The position numbers and the translations under genes are program-made. DNA of 27,126 nucleotides from a virus. Its lineage: Duplodnaviria; Heunggongvirae; Uroviricota; Caudoviricetes. Below the pieces are notes generated by a model that did not search any database, was not told the DNA's origin, and saw only the letters and a list, made by a program, of their open reading frames with translations. This document shows, piece after piece, positions 26,501-27,126 of the stretch; position 1 is the stretch's first letter, and every line of letters begins with the position of its first letter. The stretch lies in IMG/VR virus record IMGVR_UViG_3300031760_000006, positions 1-27,126 of that record; one strand, 5' to 3'.

Positions 26501-27126
26501 TACAAAATTCGGCGGCTTCTTTAGTAACTGCTCATAATGATATTGATGAATCAATTGCTCTTATTACTGCTGGTAATGCTATTACTCAAGATGCTTCTAA
26601 AACTGGTGCTGGTCTTAGAACTATCGCATTAAGAATTCAAGGAACAGAAGAAGCAAAAGAAGAACTGGAATCTCTTGGCGAGGACACTGATGATTATGTT
26701 GTTGCCACGAAATCAAAAATTGACCAACAGGTAAAAGATTTTACAGCAGTCGCTTCTAATGGTTTTAAGGGCATATCTGTTTTAGATGAAAATGGTAATT
26801 ACCGTTCTACATATCAGATTCTTCAAGATATCGCAGATGTATATGACGAAATTAAAGAAACAGATAAACAGTATGGTACAAATCATGAACAAGGTTTGCT
26901 TGAATTGTTGGCAGGAAAAACACGTTCAAATATTGCCGCTAGTATATTGCAAAATGGCGACATGCTTAGAAGTGTTTATGAAAGCTCTCAAAATTCTAAG
27001 GGGTCTGCTTTAGAAGAAAATGAAAAATATTTAGATTCTGTTGATGGAAAAATTCAACAACTCCAAAACAGATTGCAAGAATTAGCTTTTACTCTTCTTG
27101 ATGATGATTTATTAAAAGGTGCGATT
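20539..27126 (+). CDS. Tail tape measure protein (partial, >2,196 aa; TP901-family core from about 26100), not in ORF track
   Basis: SD GAGGTG and ATG 20539; frame 1 reads as protein wherever translated and the track lists no terminated ORF here. Core motifs VRELNTALTEMRKVSDES and LNNIGNNYSISTDQIATALQNSAASL...SIALITAGNAITQDASKTGAGLRTIALRIQG. Confidence 0.9.
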   Translation, partial: MAANATVQLTFDPNERSMRVVAKKYDDFIKSLQDKGKVNIVAYLQENYDEAVTKGIESKYIDKISGLGNFIYKNKTGILEDETMGLEEKIYKIIDYGKKMETLSSIPQRDLANMSTFTGKQLDEAITKYEKVLDLKNQLEEKKTAGQENARNILNDSKLSKKDLSNEVRNSNLNYTKQGLTNKKIAEQLLGAWGLEIKSSEKDLHSIQSNLGEYGRTIEYFQSLQEKLLSPDKITTKQQAESQLKTIQHMQDAYNQMFKLEGSFKTSLQSSDGSDFKLGIEQLGIKNPKEVIGSYINAYVKTFTSSLENQFNKAQTDFSATISKRAAQQKSTAEKGEKRALQREESRRERGRSSKSFEGGTGGTGGTGQALNNQDLENTEREFNNTATQTEGVVTEEAIENVNQYISSLDSCISKIKELMTVYNEQGGDLSDQEWAELGKYYEGINRIAKDEGISEKELKNKMSSAKIPSQLIDDFFFYATPNDIEDIIEDENVLKNFQKDIKSIQTSKRPDTNELQSKVDQIASLIDESFNYEPDTKEYIENLEKQARLYGEIKEKFGEAIKDPMLDIKSEEDIKELESVLARLESQKEKSKSTQNSNQNQTYDKKEYGNNQEYYDNNRSTEEYFDETSMGDFDEKGLNNLKAIFSQISSLILNINETISSTGDIDISSSMEQLKKSVLDFQDIFTTIGNMPSPENFDSLISTIKQIIQAISDLSTSYGGNQFASAMKNWEEADEILREFRRGSGSIGLTTNVEEFGPLERAALVDSLTGKISNTHAIGHDGFTEQKTIRRLQKGKSYDTFLHSHPAFGQTIADDTSGTWYKGKGADLAFSHADISLYRDFLKEGFVKKMMAESKGMIRELDLSSLDKDSLDKIADTFLAPSKNFDGAITRFDEYMMEEKDKLVSSLYDSKTKTYDYDLQSKIATDFLMQAIKEHGTINGEKITDPTQFIKDYSVDSLQIDQNVLEQNKQNILSSIANVNEIMTGLSSVLGETTISQGSEVDTASIIQGYLEKYQNTFQAINNMMSSIATMSSESSSINTEELIASITNLGECLKSITTSITNIIPTNGEMPDFANSDYLSQFTSFITGIENFINQVTSVFSSNSVLASNEEGTSLDFSEKFTDVFNTIEKINSIKTSMSQMLQQGENSTDFEVEDYLGKIDYFKNLFIQISNLLTEVSSLFAENNFENISGLEDISSITGIFNNLSVLFQSLSSIQSEPDTIAGLESYVNQCQNVFKAINNTIDKITLIGIGVDTGSVGNYAQNLDSMMSNLNNTIQNVEYILAQMANNEDDIYYFDNSYFEGLITVLNRVSDFVHDVKTIFGTLGAASDTQTAEFQGLETSITQITQYIQQIGEINNLMASLTPQESTDTFTPESNLTILAEKLTAINTFFSQLNTFFVAISTSISSLNTADISSLSVQLSSSIESIKNIISAINKINEINIESFNQNLSAFKENQSFNVSSQEKATTEGIDEKDFTKIPNETIEMGSLEQAVDSVTAAVDRKTRAFVEEGQVVQGVIQSESNSIETLTGWINMLVEELEKMGQISEKIMGNTDLHRLMSNGISDSNNTGFNNADNTPTKDDLNSGKKSSWDEYSKNAYALKRDAEKYSNNIKKWFLGQKFDSTFVSETSKQIREAQDSFSKALNSDNPPGQRWENGYNAFINEFKQKGIELGKTLSGSFDNTILDLNPDSKNLVHLEEYVSKFDDLKAKVAELKSLFKEDDFLLNGDKLRQAYDLSSSINKQSDYLKGDNFIPIDELTRSKYQAKVEKWGRKNSAALRDENLKQSFDDITAKLSSNELSKADLSPIIQQFNELDAVTSKTGKNGLSFFDMWKGRIQNLGTYLLSYVSLFRVWNTFKQGVSIVRELNTALTEMRKVSDESMTSLKNYQFESFDIADKIGSTGQQIQNSTADWMRLGESMTEASHSAETSNVLLNVSEFQSIDEATTSLVSMSQAYKNLDKMDIVDKLNNIGNNYSISTDQIATALQNSAASLVTAHNDIDESIALITAGNAITQDASKTGAGLRTIALRIQGTEEAKEELESLGEDTDDYVVATKSKIDQQVKDFTAVASNGFKGISVLDENGNYRSTYQILQDIADVYDEIKETDKQYGTNHEQGLLELLAGKTRSNIAASILQNGDMLRSVYESSQNSKGSALEENEKYLDSVDGKIQQLQNRLQELAFTLLDDDLLKGAI

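Noticed and set aside
22383-27013. Small ORFs 22383-22610, 23052-23246 and 26786-27013
   Set aside because: All lie inside the continuous TMP frame that the track omitted for lack of a stop codon.

Overview
AT-rich, single-strand (+) virion morphogenesis operon of a large tailed phage, probably a siphovirus of a Bacillota host (Bacillota-type SD sequences; gene order resembles SPbeta-like phages). Order: terminase large subunit, portal, prohead protease/scaffold, decoration protein, major capsid, head-tail/neck genes, major tail protein, small genes including a RusA-like resolvase, and a >2,196-aa tape measure protein (TMP) that runs off the right edge and is absent from the ORF track. Main observations: (1) five group I introns split four structural genes (terL 363-701, major capsid 10373-10645, probable head-tail connector 11657-13091, major tail protein 16273-16604 and 16773-17128). 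All splice sites fit the U-before-intron / terminal-G rule, and splicing restores the frames. Four introns have no ORF and form two sister pairs; one pair has a non-canonical P7. (2) Three homing endonucleases of three families: intronic LAGLIDADG, free-standing GIY-YIG and free-standing Vsr/PD-(D/E)xK-like, each with a structured leader. (3) A JAB/JAMM-like metalloprotease motif (E...HSHP...SxxD) inside the long N-terminal extension of the TMP. Product names come from motifs and synteny by eye; no searches were run.
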